Positions 30,889 to 40,948 of a stretch of 64,000 nt of DNA are shown here, in pieces. Below the pieces are notes generated by a model. It was not told where the DNA came from and ran no database searches. It saw only the letters and a list, made by a program, of their open reading frames with translations. Within the stretch, counting starts at the first letter, position 1; every line of letters begins with the position of its first letter. Position numbers and translations under genes: made by a program. The DNA comes from Alphaproteobacteria bacterium (GTDB lineage: Bacteria; Pseudomonadota; Alphaproteobacteria; MPNO01): contig OY730228.1 of assembly GCA_963422565.1 (NCBI GenBank), positions 321,802 through 385,801 of the forward strand, read 5' to 3'.

Positions 30889-31781
30889 TGCTGTTCGCCA
30901 GGAAGACTCCCGCCGAGAAGCGCACGGCCTTCCGCACCGCTCTGTCCTCGGGGACGCTGCTCCAGATGCCGGGGGCGTTCTCGCCTCTGGTCGCGCTTCT
31001 GGTCCAGGAGCACGGCTTCGACGGCGTCTATATCTCCGGCGCGGCCCTGTCGGCCGATCTCGGGCTGCCCGACATCGCGCTCACGACGCTGTCCGAGGTG
31101 GCGCTGCGCGGCCGCCAGATCGCGCGCGCGACGGATTTGCCGACGCTGATCGACATCGACACCGGTTTCGGCGAGGCGATGAACGCCGCCCGGACGGTGC
31201 GCGAAATCGAAGACGCCGGGCTTGCGGGTTGTCATATCGAAGACCAGTCGAGCCCCAAGCGCTGCGGCCATCTGGACAACAAGACGCTGCTGCCGCCGGA
31301 CGAGATGGCCCGGAAGATCCGCGCCGCCGCCGATGCGAAGAGGGATCCCGACTTCCTTCTGATGGCGCGTACCGACGCCCGGGCGTCCGAGGGGATGGCG
31401 GCGGCGATCGACCGCGCGAAGGCCTATGTCGATGCCGGCGCGGATGCGATCTTTCCCGAGGCGCTCGGCACCCGCGCGGAGTACGAGACGTTCCGAAAGG
31501 CGATCGACGCACCGCTCCTCGCCAACCTGACGGAGTTCGGCAAGACGCCGCTGCTCACCAGGGACGAGCTTGCCGATCTCGGCTATAACATTTCGATCTA
31601 TCCGGTCACCGCTCTACGGCTCGCGATGTTCGGCGTCGAGCGGGGCTTCGAGGCTCTCGCCGAGGAGGGGACGCAATCGGGTCTCCTCGATCGCATGCAG
31701 ACCCGCAAGCGGCTCTACGAGGTCATCCGATACGAAGACTATAATCGGTTCGACCGGACCCTCTTCGACTTCAAGCTGTAA
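30888..31781 (+). CDS. prpB: 2-methylisocitrate lyase
   Basis: HIEDQSSPKRCGHLDNK catalytic motif. ATG overlaps the prpD stop by 1 nt (TGATG). Confidence 0.9.
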   Translation: MLFARKTPAEKRTAFRTALSSGTLLQMPGAFSPLVALLVQEHGFDGVYISGAALSADLGLPDIALTTLSEVALRGRQIARATDLPTLIDIDTGFGEAMNAARTVREIEDAGLAGCHIEDQSSPKRCGHLDNKTLLPPDEMARKIRAAADAKRDPDFLLMARTDARASEGMAAAIDRAKAYVDAGADAIFPEALGTRAEYETFRKAIDAPLLANLTEFGKTPLLTRDELADLGYNISIYPVTALRLAMFGVERGFEALAEEGTQSGLLDRMQTRKRLYEVIRYEDYNRFDRTLFDFKL

Positions 31782-31813
31782 CGGAGGCAAGAGCCTCGAC
31801 GCGGGAGACAGCC

Positions 31814-32941
31814 ATGGCCGATTCGGATATTCGCAGGGGCCTCGCCGGCGTCGTCGTCGATACCACCGCGGTCTCGAAGGTCATGCCCGAGACCAACTCG
31901 CTGACCTATCGCGGCTATGCGGTCGAGGAGCTGTGCGCGCATTGCGGCTTCGAGGAGGTCGCCTATCTGTTGTGGAACGGCGAGCTTCCCGACGCCATCG
32001 CGCTCCAGGCCTTCAAGCGCGACGAGGCCGCGCGGCGCGAGATCTCCGACGACCATGTCGAGGTCATCGGGCGATTCCCCGCCGACGCCCATCCGATGGA
32101 CACGATCCGCACGGCGGTGAGCTTCCTCGGCACCCGGGAGACCGCCTGGGGCGGCGACTCGCGCGAGGCGGACGCCGCGCGGGCGCGCGATATGCTCGCC
32201 AAGATTCCGACCATGATCGCGACCGACTACCGGTTCCGCAAAGGGCTGGACCGGATCGCACCGCGCGGCGATCTCGGCATCTCCGAGAATTTCTTCCACA
32301 TGTGCTTCGGCGAGCGGCCGCCGCAGGAGGCGATCGAGGCGTTCGACGCCTCGCTGATCCTCTATGCCGAGCACAGTTTCAACGCCTCCACGTTCACCGT
32401 CCGGGTGATCGCCTCCAGCCGATCGGACATCTATGCGGCGGTCTGCGGCGGTATCGGCTCGCTGAAGGGGCCGCTTCACGGCGGCGCCAACGAGGCGGTG
32501 ATGAGGATGTTCCTGGAGATCGGCGATCCGGAAAGGGCCGAGGGCTGGATGCGCGACGCGATCGCGCAGAAGCGTCTGGTGATGGGGTTCGGCCACCGGG
32601 TCTACAAGTCGGGCGATTCGCGCGTGCCGACGATGCGCAAATGCCTCGAGAACCTCGCCGCGTGGAAAGGCGACGACCGCTGGGTGCGGATGGCCGACGG
32701 CCTGCAGCGCGTGATGATCGAGGAGAAGGGGATCCATCCCAATCTCGATTTCCCGGCCGGCCCCTCCTACTACATGATGGGCTTCGACATCGACATGTTC
32801 ACGCCGATCTTCGTCATGAGTCGCATCACCGGCTGGGCCGCGCACTATATGGAGCAGAATGCCGACAACAGGCTGATCCGTCCGCTGAGCGCCTATGACG
32901 GCGTCGCGCAGCGCGCGGTGAAACCGATCGCCGACCGCTGA
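31814..32941 (+). CDS. prpC: 2-methylcitrate synthase / citrate synthase family
   Basis: 375 aa citrate-synthase fold (…GFGHRVYK…), in a prp operon context. Confidence 0.9.
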   Translation: MADSDIRRGLAGVVVDTTAVSKVMPETNSLTYRGYAVEELCAHCGFEEVAYLLWNGELPDAIALQAFKRDEAARREISDDHVEVIGRFPADAHPMDTIRTAVSFLGTRETAWGGDSREADAARARDMLAKIPTMIATDYRFRKGLDRIAPRGDLGISENFFHMCFGERPPQEAIEAFDASLILYAEHSFNASTFTVRVIASSRSDIYAAVCGGIGSLKGPLHGGANEAVMRMFLEIGDPERAEGWMRDAIAQKRLVMGFGHRVYKSGDSRVPTMRKCLENLAAWKGDDRWVRMADGLQRVMIEEKGIHPNLDFPAGPSYYMMGFDIDMFTPIFVMSRITGWAAHYMEQNADNRLIRPLSAYDGVAQRAVKPIADR

Positions 32942-32962
32942 CGCGGGCGGGACGGCGCGGGA

Positions 32963-33868
32963 TCAGGCGGGAGTCCGTTCCGCCGCGCGCCGGGTTACGA
33001 ACACGAGCGCGGCGATGATGAGCGCGCTTCCCGCGGCCGACCAGGCGTCCGGCAACTCGTCGAAGAGCAGGAAACCAAAGGCCGCGGCGATCGGGATGCG
33101 GAGGAAGTCCAGCGGAGCGACGGCGGTCACGTCGGCGGCCTCGTAGGCGCGGGTGAGCCAGCGTTGCCCGAAGCTGCCGAGCAGGCCGATCGCGGCCAGC
33201 CAACCGGACTGCGCCAGGCTCGGCGTCTGCCAGACGGCGATCGCAGGCCCGATCAGGAACAGCGTTCCCGACAGGAAGAAGTAGAACACGATCCGGTCCG
33301 GAGGCTCGGTCCTCGAGAGGCGCTTGAGCGCGATCATCGCTCCGGCGGCCAGGATCGCGCTGAGGAGCGCGACCGGCATCGCCGGGTCGATACCGGCCTG
33401 CGGTTTGACGACCATGATCACGCCGAAAAATCCGACGATCGTGGCCAGCGTTCGGTGGCGCCGGATTCTCTCGCCGAGGAACAGGGCAGAGAACAGGATC
33501 AGCCAGAGCGGCGAGGTAAAGGAGAGCACCATCAGGTCCGACAACAGGAGGCGGTCGATGGCGAAGACCACCCCGACGAAGGCGCCGATGCCGAGGAGGG
33601 AGCGCAGGAAATGCAGGCCCGGGCGGCGGGTCGCCAGGCCGGACCAACCCTGCCGGACCAGCCAGGGCGCCAACACCAGCAGCGCTACCGAGGTCCGCAT
33701 CAACGCGACGACCACGAAGGGGAGCTCGCTCGCCATCTGCTTGATGATCGCGAACATGGCGGTGAGCGCCACGACCGCCAGCAGCATCCAGGCCGCGCCG
33801 CGCAAATTGTCGGGGCGGAGGCGTCGTGATCCCAGGGACCGGTCGGAGGCCGGCCTCGGTGGAGTCAC
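32963..33868 (-). CDS. DMT superfamily (EamA-like) transporter
   Basis: 10-TM hydrophobic profile, two EamA repeats. Confidence 0.7.
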   Translation of the reverse strand: MTPPRPASDRSLGSRRLRPDNLRGAAWMLLAVVALTAMFAIIKQMASELPFVVVALMRTSVALLVLAPWLVRQGWSGLATRRPGLHFLRSLLGIGAFVGVVFAIDRLLLSDLMVLSFTSPLWLILFSALFLGERIRRHRTLATIVGFFGVIMVVKPQAGIDPAMPVALLSAILAAGAMIALKRLSRTEPPDRIVFYFFLSGTLFLIGPAIAVWQTPSLAQSGWLAAIGLLGSFGQRWLTRAYEAADVTAVAPLDFLRIPIAAAFGFLLFDELPDAWSAAGSALIIAALVFVTRRAAERTPA

Positions 33869-34761
33869 GCGATTTCGATGCCGGCGCAGCGTTCGAGCCA
33901 GCGGACGATCTCGGTGTGATCGCTACCCGGTTCGAGATTGTGCTCGGCCTGCGCCCAGATCTCTCGACTGACGGCGGCGAACGGGGCGGCGACCCTCGTC
34001 TCGTGCGCGAGCCCGAGCGCGATATCGAGGTCCTTGACCATCAGGGCCGTCGAGAAGCCCGAGTCGAACGCGCGGCTGAAAACGAACCGCGCCAGCTTGT
34101 TGCGCGTCGCATGGTTCATGCCGGTCGAGCCGTTGACGACATCGGCCATGACCTCGGCCCGGAGGCCGAACTTTCTGCCGACGAGGAAGGCTTCGGCGGC
34201 GATCAGCAAACCGGCCGCGCTGATCGTGTTGTTGAGCGATTTCAGCGCGTGGCCGCTTCCCGCCGGGCCGGTATGGACGATCCGGCGTCCCATCGCCTCG
34301 AGCAGGGGGCGGCAGCGTTCGATCGCGTCCGCATCGCCTCCGGCCATGATGGTGAGCGTGCCGGCGACCGCTCCGGCACGCCCCCCCGACACCGGGGCGT
34401 CGATCATCCCGATACCGCGCGTCCCGAGCTCGGCGGCGAGCGCCGCCGTCGCCGAGGGTTCTGAGGATCCCATGTCGATCAGCGTTCCGCCCCGGCGCAG
34501 CCCGTCGACGATTCCCCCCTGACCTAGCGCCGCGCGCGCGACATCCGCGCCGGTCGGAAGCATGGTGATCACGACATCTGCGCCCTCGGCCGCCTGGGCA
34601 GGGTTTCCGGCGGCGACGCCGCCGGTCGCATCGGCCGCGTCGCGCAGCCGTTCGGCGGCGGTGTCGTAGAGGCGAAGCCTGTGCCCCGCCTCGGCGAGGC
34701 GCCGCGACATCGGCGCGCCCATCGCGCCGAGACCGACGAAGCCCGTGACGAAGCCGTCCAT
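33865..34761 (-). CDS. NAD(P)-dependent oxidoreductase, 3-hydroxyisobutyrate dehydrogenase family
   Basis: GFVGLGAMGAPM Rossmann start. 298 aa. Confidence 0.8.
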   Translation of the reverse strand: MDGFVTGFVGLGAMGAPMSRRLAEAGHRLRLYDTAAERLRDAADATGGVAAGNPAQAAEGADVVITMLPTGADVARAALGQGGIVDGLRRGGTLIDMGSSEPSATAALAAELGTRGIGMIDAPVSGGRAGAVAGTLTIMAGGDADAIERCRPLLEAMGRRIVHTGPAGSGHALKSLNNTISAAGLLIAAEAFLVGRKFGLRAEVMADVVNGSTGMNHATRNKLARFVFSRAFDSGFSTALMVKDLDIALGLAHETRVAAPFAAVSREIWAQAEHNLEPGSDHTEIVRWLERCAGIEIA

Positions 34762-34834
34762 CCGAATTCTCCGCGCGCGCGACCGCCCCCCGTCATCCTA
34801 TCCGACGGCGCGGATCCGATGAACGGCGCGGCGC

Positions 34835-35953
34835 TCAGGCGGAGAGCGCCTCCTCGGCGGGTACATGCCGCCGGTTCTGCGCGTCGGCGACGGCGGCGCA
34901 AGTGACCCGGCCCCGGTGGATGTTGAGCCCGGCGCACAGATGGCGGTCCAGCGTCATCGCATCCCGATGGCCGCGCTGCGCCAGGCGGACGATGAAGGGG
35001 AGGGTCGCGTTGTTGAGCGCAAAGGTCGAGGTACGGGCGACGGCGCCCGGCATGTTGGTCACGCAGTAATGCACCACGTCCTCGTGGAGGAATGTGGGCT
35101 CGGAATGGGTGGTCGGGCGGCTGGTCTCGCAGCACCCGCCCTGGTCGATCGCGACATCGACGATTACCGAGCCGCGCTTCATCCGGCGTACCATATCGCC
35201 GGTCACGAGCCTCGGCGCGGTGGCGCCGGGAAGCAGCACCGCGCCGATCACCAGATCCGCGTCCCGAACCTCGCGTTCGATATTGTCGGCCGTCGAATAG
35301 AGCGTCGTGATGACCGATTGGAACTGGAAATCGAGCTGGGCGAGGCGGTGGAGGGATTTGTCGATCACGGTGACCGACGCGCCGAGACCGTTGGCGACGA
35401 ACACCGCGTTGGTCCCGACCACCCCGCCGCCGATCACCACCACCCTGCCCGGATGGACGCCCGGCACGCCGCCGAGCAGCAGCCCGCGCCCGCCGCCGGC
35501 GATCTCGAGACAGTTCGCCCCCGCCTGGACGGCCATCCGCCCGGCGACCTCGCTCATCGGCGCGAGCAGTGGAAGCCCGCCATGCGCGTCGGTGACGGTC
35601 TCGTAGGCGATGGCGATGCAGCCGGATTCGATCAGGGCGTCGGTGAGGGCAGGGTCCGGGGCGAGATGGAGATAGGCGAACAGGATCTGACCCTCGCGCA
35701 AGAGGCCGCATTCTCCCGGCTGCGGCTCCTTGACCTTGACGATCATCTCCGCGGCCGCGAACAGCTCGGCGGCGTCGGCGGCGATCCGCGCCCCGGCCGC
35801 GGCATATTCCGCGTCGTCGATGCCGATTCGGTGGGCGGCCCCGGTCTCGACGATCACCCCGTGACCGCGCCGGGTCAGCTCGCGCACCGAGCCGGGCGTC
35901 ATGCCGACCCGGTTCTCCTCGGTCTTAATTTCCTTGGGCACACCGACTAACAT
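34835..35953 (-). CDS. ald: alanine dehydrogenase
   Basis: [20 protein letters not shown]…VIGGGVVG… 372 aa. Confidence 0.9.
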   Translation of the reverse strand: MLVGVPKEIKTEENRVGMTPGSVRELTRRGHGVIVETGAAHRIGIDDAEYAAAGARIAADAAELFAAAEMIVKVKEPQPGECGLLREGQILFAYLHLAPDPALTDALIESGCIAIAYETVTDAHGGLPLLAPMSEVAGRMAVQAGANCLEIAGGGRGLLLGGVPGVHPGRVVVIGGGVVGTNAVFVANGLGASVTVIDKSLHRLAQLDFQFQSVITTLYSTADNIEREVRDADLVIGAVLLPGATAPRLVTGDMVRRMKRGSVIVDVAIDQGGCCETSRPTTHSEPTFLHEDVVHYCVTNMPGAVARTSTFALNNATLPFIVRLAQRGHRDAMTLDRHLCAGLNIHRGRVTCAAVADAQNRRHVPAEEALSA

Positions 35954-36042
35954 GGGGTCTTCCTCCTCGGCCTCGGCCCGGCGCCGCTGGGGCGGCTGTC
36001 AAGAAGTCCCGGATTCGTTGTCCGCGAAAAAGGAGAAGCTCG

Positions 36043-37023
36043 ATGCGCGCCATCATCGCCAGGGGAATCGGGACGCCCGAAGATCTGGTCGTCGCGGACA
36101 TGCCGGATCCCGTGCCGGGACCCGGCGAGGTCGCGGTCGATATCGCGGCGGCCGCGGTCAACTTTCCCGACCTGCTCGTGATCGAAGGCAAGTATCAGAT
36201 CATCCCGCCGCATCCGTTCTGCCCCGGCAAGGAGGCGGCCGGGACCGTGGTCGGGCTCGGCGCCGGCGTCGACGATCTCGCCTGCGGCGACCGGGTCATG
36301 GTTCAGGTGGAGTGGGGCGCGTTCTGCGAACGGATCGCGGTTCCGCGAGAGGCCTGCTTCCCGGTCCCCGACGCGGTGGGCCTCGACGAGGCGGCCGCGG
36401 TCGGGATCGCCTTCCAGACGGCGCATTTCGCACTGTCGGCGCGCGCCGCCGTTCGACCGGGCGAGCGCGTCCTTGTGACCGGGGCGACGGGCAGCGTCGG
36501 CATCGCGGCGATGCAGTTGGCCAAGGCGTTCGGCTGCACGGTGATCGCCGGCGTCACGACGATGGACAAGGCCGAAGTCGCCCGCGAGAACGGAGCCGAT
36601 CATGTGATCGACCTGTCGTGCGGCGATCTCGTCGAGACGATCCGCGCGCAGATCCGTCCGCTTGCCGGAACGGTCGACGTGGCGATCGAAACGCTTGGCG
36701 GCGCCGCGTTCGACGGCGCGATCCGCGCGCTCGAGTTCGGCGGGCGGCTGGTCGTCGTCGGATTCGCCGCCGGTCGCATCGCGACCCTGAAGACCAACTA
36801 CCTGCTGCTCAAGAATATCGCCGTGACCGGAGTGAACTGGGCGGCCTATCGGGACCGGGATCCGGGATGGGTCCAGCGTGTCCAGAGGGAAATCTTCGAC
36901 CTCCGCGTGGCCGGCAAGATTTCGATGCCGGTTCAGGCCCGCTTTCCGCTGGAAGACCATGTCGCGGCGTTTGACGTGATCCGCCGCCGTCAGGTGCGCG
37001 GAAAGGTCGTCCTGACGATGTGA
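36043..37023 (+). CDS. zinc-independent MDR-family NADPH:quinone oxidoreductase
   Basis: AAGGAG RBS before ATG 36043. …VLVTGATGSVG… 326 aa. Confidence 0.8.
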   Translation: MRAIIARGIGTPEDLVVADMPDPVPGPGEVAVDIAAAAVNFPDLLVIEGKYQIIPPHPFCPGKEAAGTVVGLGAGVDDLACGDRVMVQVEWGAFCERIAVPREACFPVPDAVGLDEAAAVGIAFQTAHFALSARAAVRPGERVLVTGATGSVGIAAMQLAKAFGCTVIAGVTTMDKAEVARENGADHVIDLSCGDLVETIRAQIRPLAGTVDVAIETLGGAAFDGAIRALEFGGRLVVVGFAAGRIATLKTNYLLLKNIAVTGVNWAAYRDRDPGWVQRVQREIFDLRVAGKISMPVQARFPLEDHVAAFDVIRRRQVRGKVVLTM

Positions 37024-37028
37024 AGGCT

Positions 37029-37721
37029 TCATCGCTCCGGCGGCAGCGCGATCCCCAGATGCCGTCCGAGGATGTCGTCGATGAGATCGAAGCAGGATCC
37101 GTAGCGGATCACGCGCAGCCGGTCGACATCGATCATCGTCGACGATTTCCCGTAGACGTTCCAGCGAGACAGGCCGTAATCGACGACGATGTCGGCCGCC
37201 GCGCGGATTTCCGGCTCGATGTCCTCGACCCGGAACTTGACCCCCTTCAGAGAAACGTTGGCCGACGACCCGATTACAAGGCGGTCATCGGCGAATGCGA
37301 TGCGCGCGAGCGTGTCGAGCAGCGAACCGGCGTTGAGGAGCATCGCGATCGTGCCCTCGTCGGTGGTCTGCGCCAGCACGTCGGGATCCAGCCGGGCAAG
37401 CGCCGAGTGGGAGAGCCGTGCCGGCGCCACCGTCCCCATCGGCAGGTCGCCCGCCTCGGTGACGACGGAGACGATCTCGCGCCTCCGCTCGCCGAGGAGA
37501 TGCAGGTCACGGTGCATCTCCGCGCAGCCGCACATCGCGTTGAGCTTCTCGGGCTTGCGGCGCTTGGCCTCGAAAATCTTCCGGATGGCCGCCGCCGCGA
37601 TCCCCAGAATCACATAGCCGACATCGGTCGGAACGATGCCGATGCCGCCGTCGACGAGCGTGTCGTAGACCCGCCTCGCGTCGGCCTCATGGTCGTCGAG
37701 TCTCACGGGGTCTTTCGCCAA
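37029..37721 (-). CDS. Sua5/YciO/YrdC/YwlC-family protein (threonylcarbamoyl-AMP synthase fold)
   Basis: …GIVPTDVGYVILG…KRRKPEKL…LVIGSSANVSL… aligns to the TsaC/YrdC core. 230 aa. Confidence 0.65.
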   Translation of the reverse strand: MAKDPVRLDDHEADARRVYDTLVDGGIGIVPTDVGYVILGIAAAAIRKIFEAKRRKPEKLNAMCGCAEMHRDLHLLGERRREIVSVVTEAGDLPMGTVAPARLSHSALARLDPDVLAQTTDEGTIAMLLNAGSLLDTLARIAFADDRLVIGSSANVSLKGVKFRVEDIEPEIRAAADIVVDYGLSRWNVYGKSSTMIDVDRLRVIRYGSCFDLIDDILGRHLGIALPPER

Positions 37722-38191
37722 TATGAGCCCATCACGACATCGACCCAGGCGGGTTCGCGAACTTCGCCGCGCGGGGCGAAGGCGCGCATATGCGGCTTGA
37801 TGTCGAGCACCGGCGTGCCGTCGATCGCGTCCAGCCCGCGCACATGGATGACGGTCCCTTCAACCCCGAGGACTCGACAGATCGTGCTGCCCAGGAGGTT
37901 GGGCCGGGTGTGGCCGCGCTGGGCGAATATCCCGGTCAGCGGCAGATCCGGGTTGTTGCGGGGGTGCCGCGCCCCGGTGATGATCTCGGCCGGGTCGGTC
38001 CGATGAAACCGGAAGAGAATCACCGCGTGGCTGAACCTGTCGAGCCCGATGAGCGACTCCGCGCCGAGCCAGTCGCCGTCGATCTCGATCCGGGAGACGA
38101 CCGAATCCCAGTCGTCGTTGGTGGGTGCGCGGCGTCCGCCGCGCACCCAGCCCACGGGGCGGAAAGAGATCACGGCGTCTCCGGCATCCAT
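37703..38191 (-). CDS. TsaA/YaeB (TrmO N-terminal domain) family SAM-dependent methyltransferase
   Basis: GLDRFSHAVILFRFH…LDAIDGTPVLDIKP closely matches E. coli TrmO motifs. 162 aa, overlaps both neighbours. Confidence 0.75.
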   Translation of the reverse strand: MDAGDAVISFRPVGWVRGGRRAPTNDDWDSVVSRIEIDGDWLGAESLIGLDRFSHAVILFRFHRTDPAEIITGARHPRNNPDLPLTGIFAQRGHTRPNLLGSTICRVLGVEGTVIHVRGLDAIDGTPVLDIKPHMRAFAPRGEVREPAWVDVVMGSYWRKTP

Positions 38192-38748
38192 TCGCTGACG
38201 ACCGCCTCGTAAGCCGCGCGCTGGCGTTCCGCCGGCGGCTCTTTGGCCGTCCCGATATAGACGAACCCGGCGATCCGCTCGTTATCTTCGAGCCGGAGCG
38301 CCCGCACGACATCGCCGTTATAGGCGGGCCATTCGGTCAGCCATTGCGCCGAGAAGCCGAGCGCGTGAGAGGCGTTCAGGAGATTGAGGCAGGCGGCGCC
38401 GCTGGACAGTGTCTGCTCCCATTCCGGGATCTTGTGACCCTTGACGATCCTGGACGCCACGGCGACGACCACCGGCGCGCGCTGGAAGCGCTCGCGCTCG
38501 ACTTCGACCAGCTCGTCGAAGCTGTCGGGGTTCTCCTTGACGAACGCGTCGGCCAGGATGTCGCCGAAGGCCGCCCTCGCAGCTCCCTTGATGACGATGA
38601 AGCGCCAGGGGCCGAGCTTCCCGTGGTCGGGAACCCGCATTCCGGCGCGGAGAATCGTATCCAGCGCATCGGCATCCGGACCCGGCTCGCTCAGATTGCG
38701 CGCGGTGACCGATCGCCGAGTGAGAAGGAAATCGATTATTTCGCTCAT
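38170..38748 (-). CDS. nitroreductase family protein
   Basis: MSEIIDFLLTRRSVTARNLSEPGP… 192 aa. ATG at 38748 with GGAGAA RBS. Upstream part of ORF 38170..39660 rejected. Confidence 0.75.
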   Translation of the reverse strand: MSEIIDFLLTRRSVTARNLSEPGPDADALDTILRAGMRVPDHGKLGPWRFIVIKGAARAAFGDILADAFVKENPDSFDELVEVERERFQRAPVVVAVASRIVKGHKIPEWEQTLSSGAACLNLLNASHALGFSAQWLTEWPAYNGDVVRALRLEDNERIAGFVYIGTAKEPPAERQRAAYEAVVSEWMPETP

Positions 38749-40421
38749 CTCGAGGTTCTCCTCTCCAGTTCGATCGCGGTCCGTGCGGCGCGTCGGCGTT
38801 CGAGGGCGCGCAGCTCCCCGCGGCGGATCTTCCCCGTGGCGGTCAGCGGCAGCGAATCGACGAATTCGACCGCCCGAGGATATTTGAATGGAGATATGCG
38901 CGACTTGACGAAGTCCTGGAGCGCCGCGATCAGCGCGTCGGTGGGCGCGGTCCCGTCGGCCGGCGCGACGAAGGCCTTGACGATGGCGCCGCGCTCGGGA
39001 TCGGGCGCGCCGACGACCGCGCATTCGCGGACGGCCGGATGCTCCAGCAGCACCGCCTCGACCTCCGGCCCGGAGACGTTGTATCCGCTGGTGAGAATCA
39101 TGTCGTCGACCCGATTGCGGTAATGGATATAGCCGTCCTCGTCGACCGTGCAGAGGTCGCCCGACAGGTTCCAGCCGTCTCTCACATAGCCGCGCTGACG
39201 CTCGGGATCGTCGAGATAGCGACAGCCGTTCGGCCCCTTGACGATCATCTCGCCGACTTCGCCCGGCGCCGCATCCTCGAACTCGGGCCCGACCACGCGG
39301 ACGCGGAACCCGGGGACCGCGCGGCCGATGGCGCCGGGACGAATCTCGGAGCCGGCGGCCGAGACGAAGATGTGCAGCAGTTCGGATATCCCGAGACCGT
39401 TGACGATCTCGACCCCGGTGATCTCCTTCCAAGCCTCGAACGTCGCAGGGGGAAGCGGCTCGCCGCCGGCGATGCAGACGCGAAGGCTCGCGAGATCGAA
39501 GCCGCGCGCTTCGTCGAGCATCAGACGGTAGCCGGACGGAGTCGAGAAGCAGACCGTCGCCCGCCGTCCGGCGATGGTCTCCAGGAGCGCGCGCGGCGTC
39601 CCCCGTTCCAGCAGCACCGAGCTCGCGCCGAAACGCGGCGCATCGACCAGGAACGCGCACAGCCCGTAGAGGAAAGCGATCTGCGGGCTGCCGCAGACGA
39701 TGTCGCCCCGGCGGATGCCGGCGACCGGCCCCGCGAAACAGTCGGCAGCGGCGAGGAGATCGCGGTGGAAATGGATCGTGCCCTTGGGCATTCCGGTCGA
39801 TCCCGAGGTGAAGCCGATGATCGCGGGGTCGACGGCGGCGGTCTCGACATTCGAGAAGAGGGCCGATCTGGGAGCCGCGCGCGCTTCGAGCGATCTATCT
39901 CCTCCGCTGCCGAAATACAGGATCTCACTTAGATCCCTCATCGCCGGACGCGCCGCTTCGAGGTCCTCGGCAAGCCCGGCATGGCTGATGACGAACTGGA
40001 CCCGCGCCTTGGCGGCGATGGTCTCGATCTCGCGGCGGCGCAGCACCGGCATCGTCGTGATGGCGATACCGCCCGCCTTCAGCACCGCATACCAGGCAGC
40101 GGCCAGCATCGGATTATTGCCCGAGCGCAGCATCACCCGGTTGCCCGGAACCAGCCCGAGCTCCTCGGTCAGGAGATTGGCGATGCGGTTGGCGCGCGCC
40201 AATACGTCGCCATAGGTCCAGCGCTCGGACTCCCAATAGAACATCGGCGCATCCGCGAGGCCGGCCGCGGCCTGGCCGTCGAGCAGGACGGCCGCGGCGT
40301 TGAACCGCCGGGGGTAGGCGGCGAGCGCTGGCAGAGCCCGATAGTCCATCTCCGGCCACAGCGCCGGAGATGGCATGTTGTCGAGAACGAAGCGGTCGAT
40401 ATGCGCCGAGGGTTCCATCAT
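38745..40421 (-). CDS. AMP-binding acyl-CoA synthetase (benzoate/aryl-CoA ligase-like)
   Basis: FTSGSTGMPKG AMP-binding motif and C-terminal …GKIRR motif. 558 aa. Stop overlaps the nitroreductase start. Confidence 0.8.
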   Translation of the reverse strand: MMEPSAHIDRFVLDNMPSPALWPEMDYRALPALAAYPRRFNAAAVLLDGQAAAGLADAPMFYWESERWTYGDVLARANRIANLLTEELGLVPGNRVMLRSGNNPMLAAAWYAVLKAGGIAITTMPVLRRREIETIAAKARVQFVISHAGLAEDLEAARPAMRDLSEILYFGSGGDRSLEARAAPRSALFSNVETAAVDPAIIGFTSGSTGMPKGTIHFHRDLLAAADCFAGPVAGIRRGDIVCGSPQIAFLYGLCAFLVDAPRFGASSVLLERGTPRALLETIAGRRATVCFSTPSGYRLMLDEARGFDLASLRVCIAGGEPLPPATFEAWKEITGVEIVNGLGISELLHIFVSAAGSEIRPGAIGRAVPGFRVRVVGPEFEDAAPGEVGEMIVKGPNGCRYLDDPERQRGYVRDGWNLSGDLCTVDEDGYIHYRNRVDDMILTSGYNVSGPEVEAVLLEHPAVRECAVVGAPDPERGAIVKAFVAPADGTAPTDALIAALQDFVKSRISPFKYPRAVEFVDSLPLTATGKIRRGELRALERRRAARTAIELERRTSR

Positions 40422-40500
40422 CTATCGACCGCTCGTCGAGCTTCCGGGATCGGCCAAGCTAGTCGGCCCGCCCGCCCGTGCCAAGGATCGCGCCCGCGCT

Positions 40501-40892
40501 GCGGCAGCTCTCGTTTCGGGCATTATGGCGAATAGTCCCGACGGGCCGCTGCGCCTCCGAGTCTTCAGCGATCGTGACCGGTCCGAGCGCGCCCTTCGCC
40601 GACTCTTCCGGCGTCGGCATCGCCCGTCCGATTTGCGGATCGTCAACGGCCTATCGCCTCGGAGAACGGAAGATCGACTGCGACCGCCGGCCCGGTTCCC
40701 CGACGGCGAAGCGTAACCGCCTGGATTTCCGGCATCGATCCGGTGCGGGAAGGTGGCGACAGCCGGCCTCCCCACCGCGCGGATGAAACGCATGCCGCAC
40801 TTCTTGCCGCACGGGAGCCTTCCCGGCCGAAACGGGCAGGGGAGCGGCTCGGTCCGTGCCGACGCCGCTTTTGCCGCCCGGCGCCGGTTCGG
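40501..40892. repeat. copy C (more degenerate) of the RIME/MITE-like repeat, in the 530-bp gene-free gap next to the Dam gene
   Basis: Left arm cggcagctctcgtttcggg. Right end cgcttttgccgcccggcgccggttcggg matches copy B attgccgcccgcgccggtgcccgg at 17 of 20 positions. Confidence 0.4.
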
Positions 40893-40948
40893 GACGGACG
40901 GCGAGACCATCGGCACGCCGTACCGTTCGGCGATCCCGTACCGATCGG

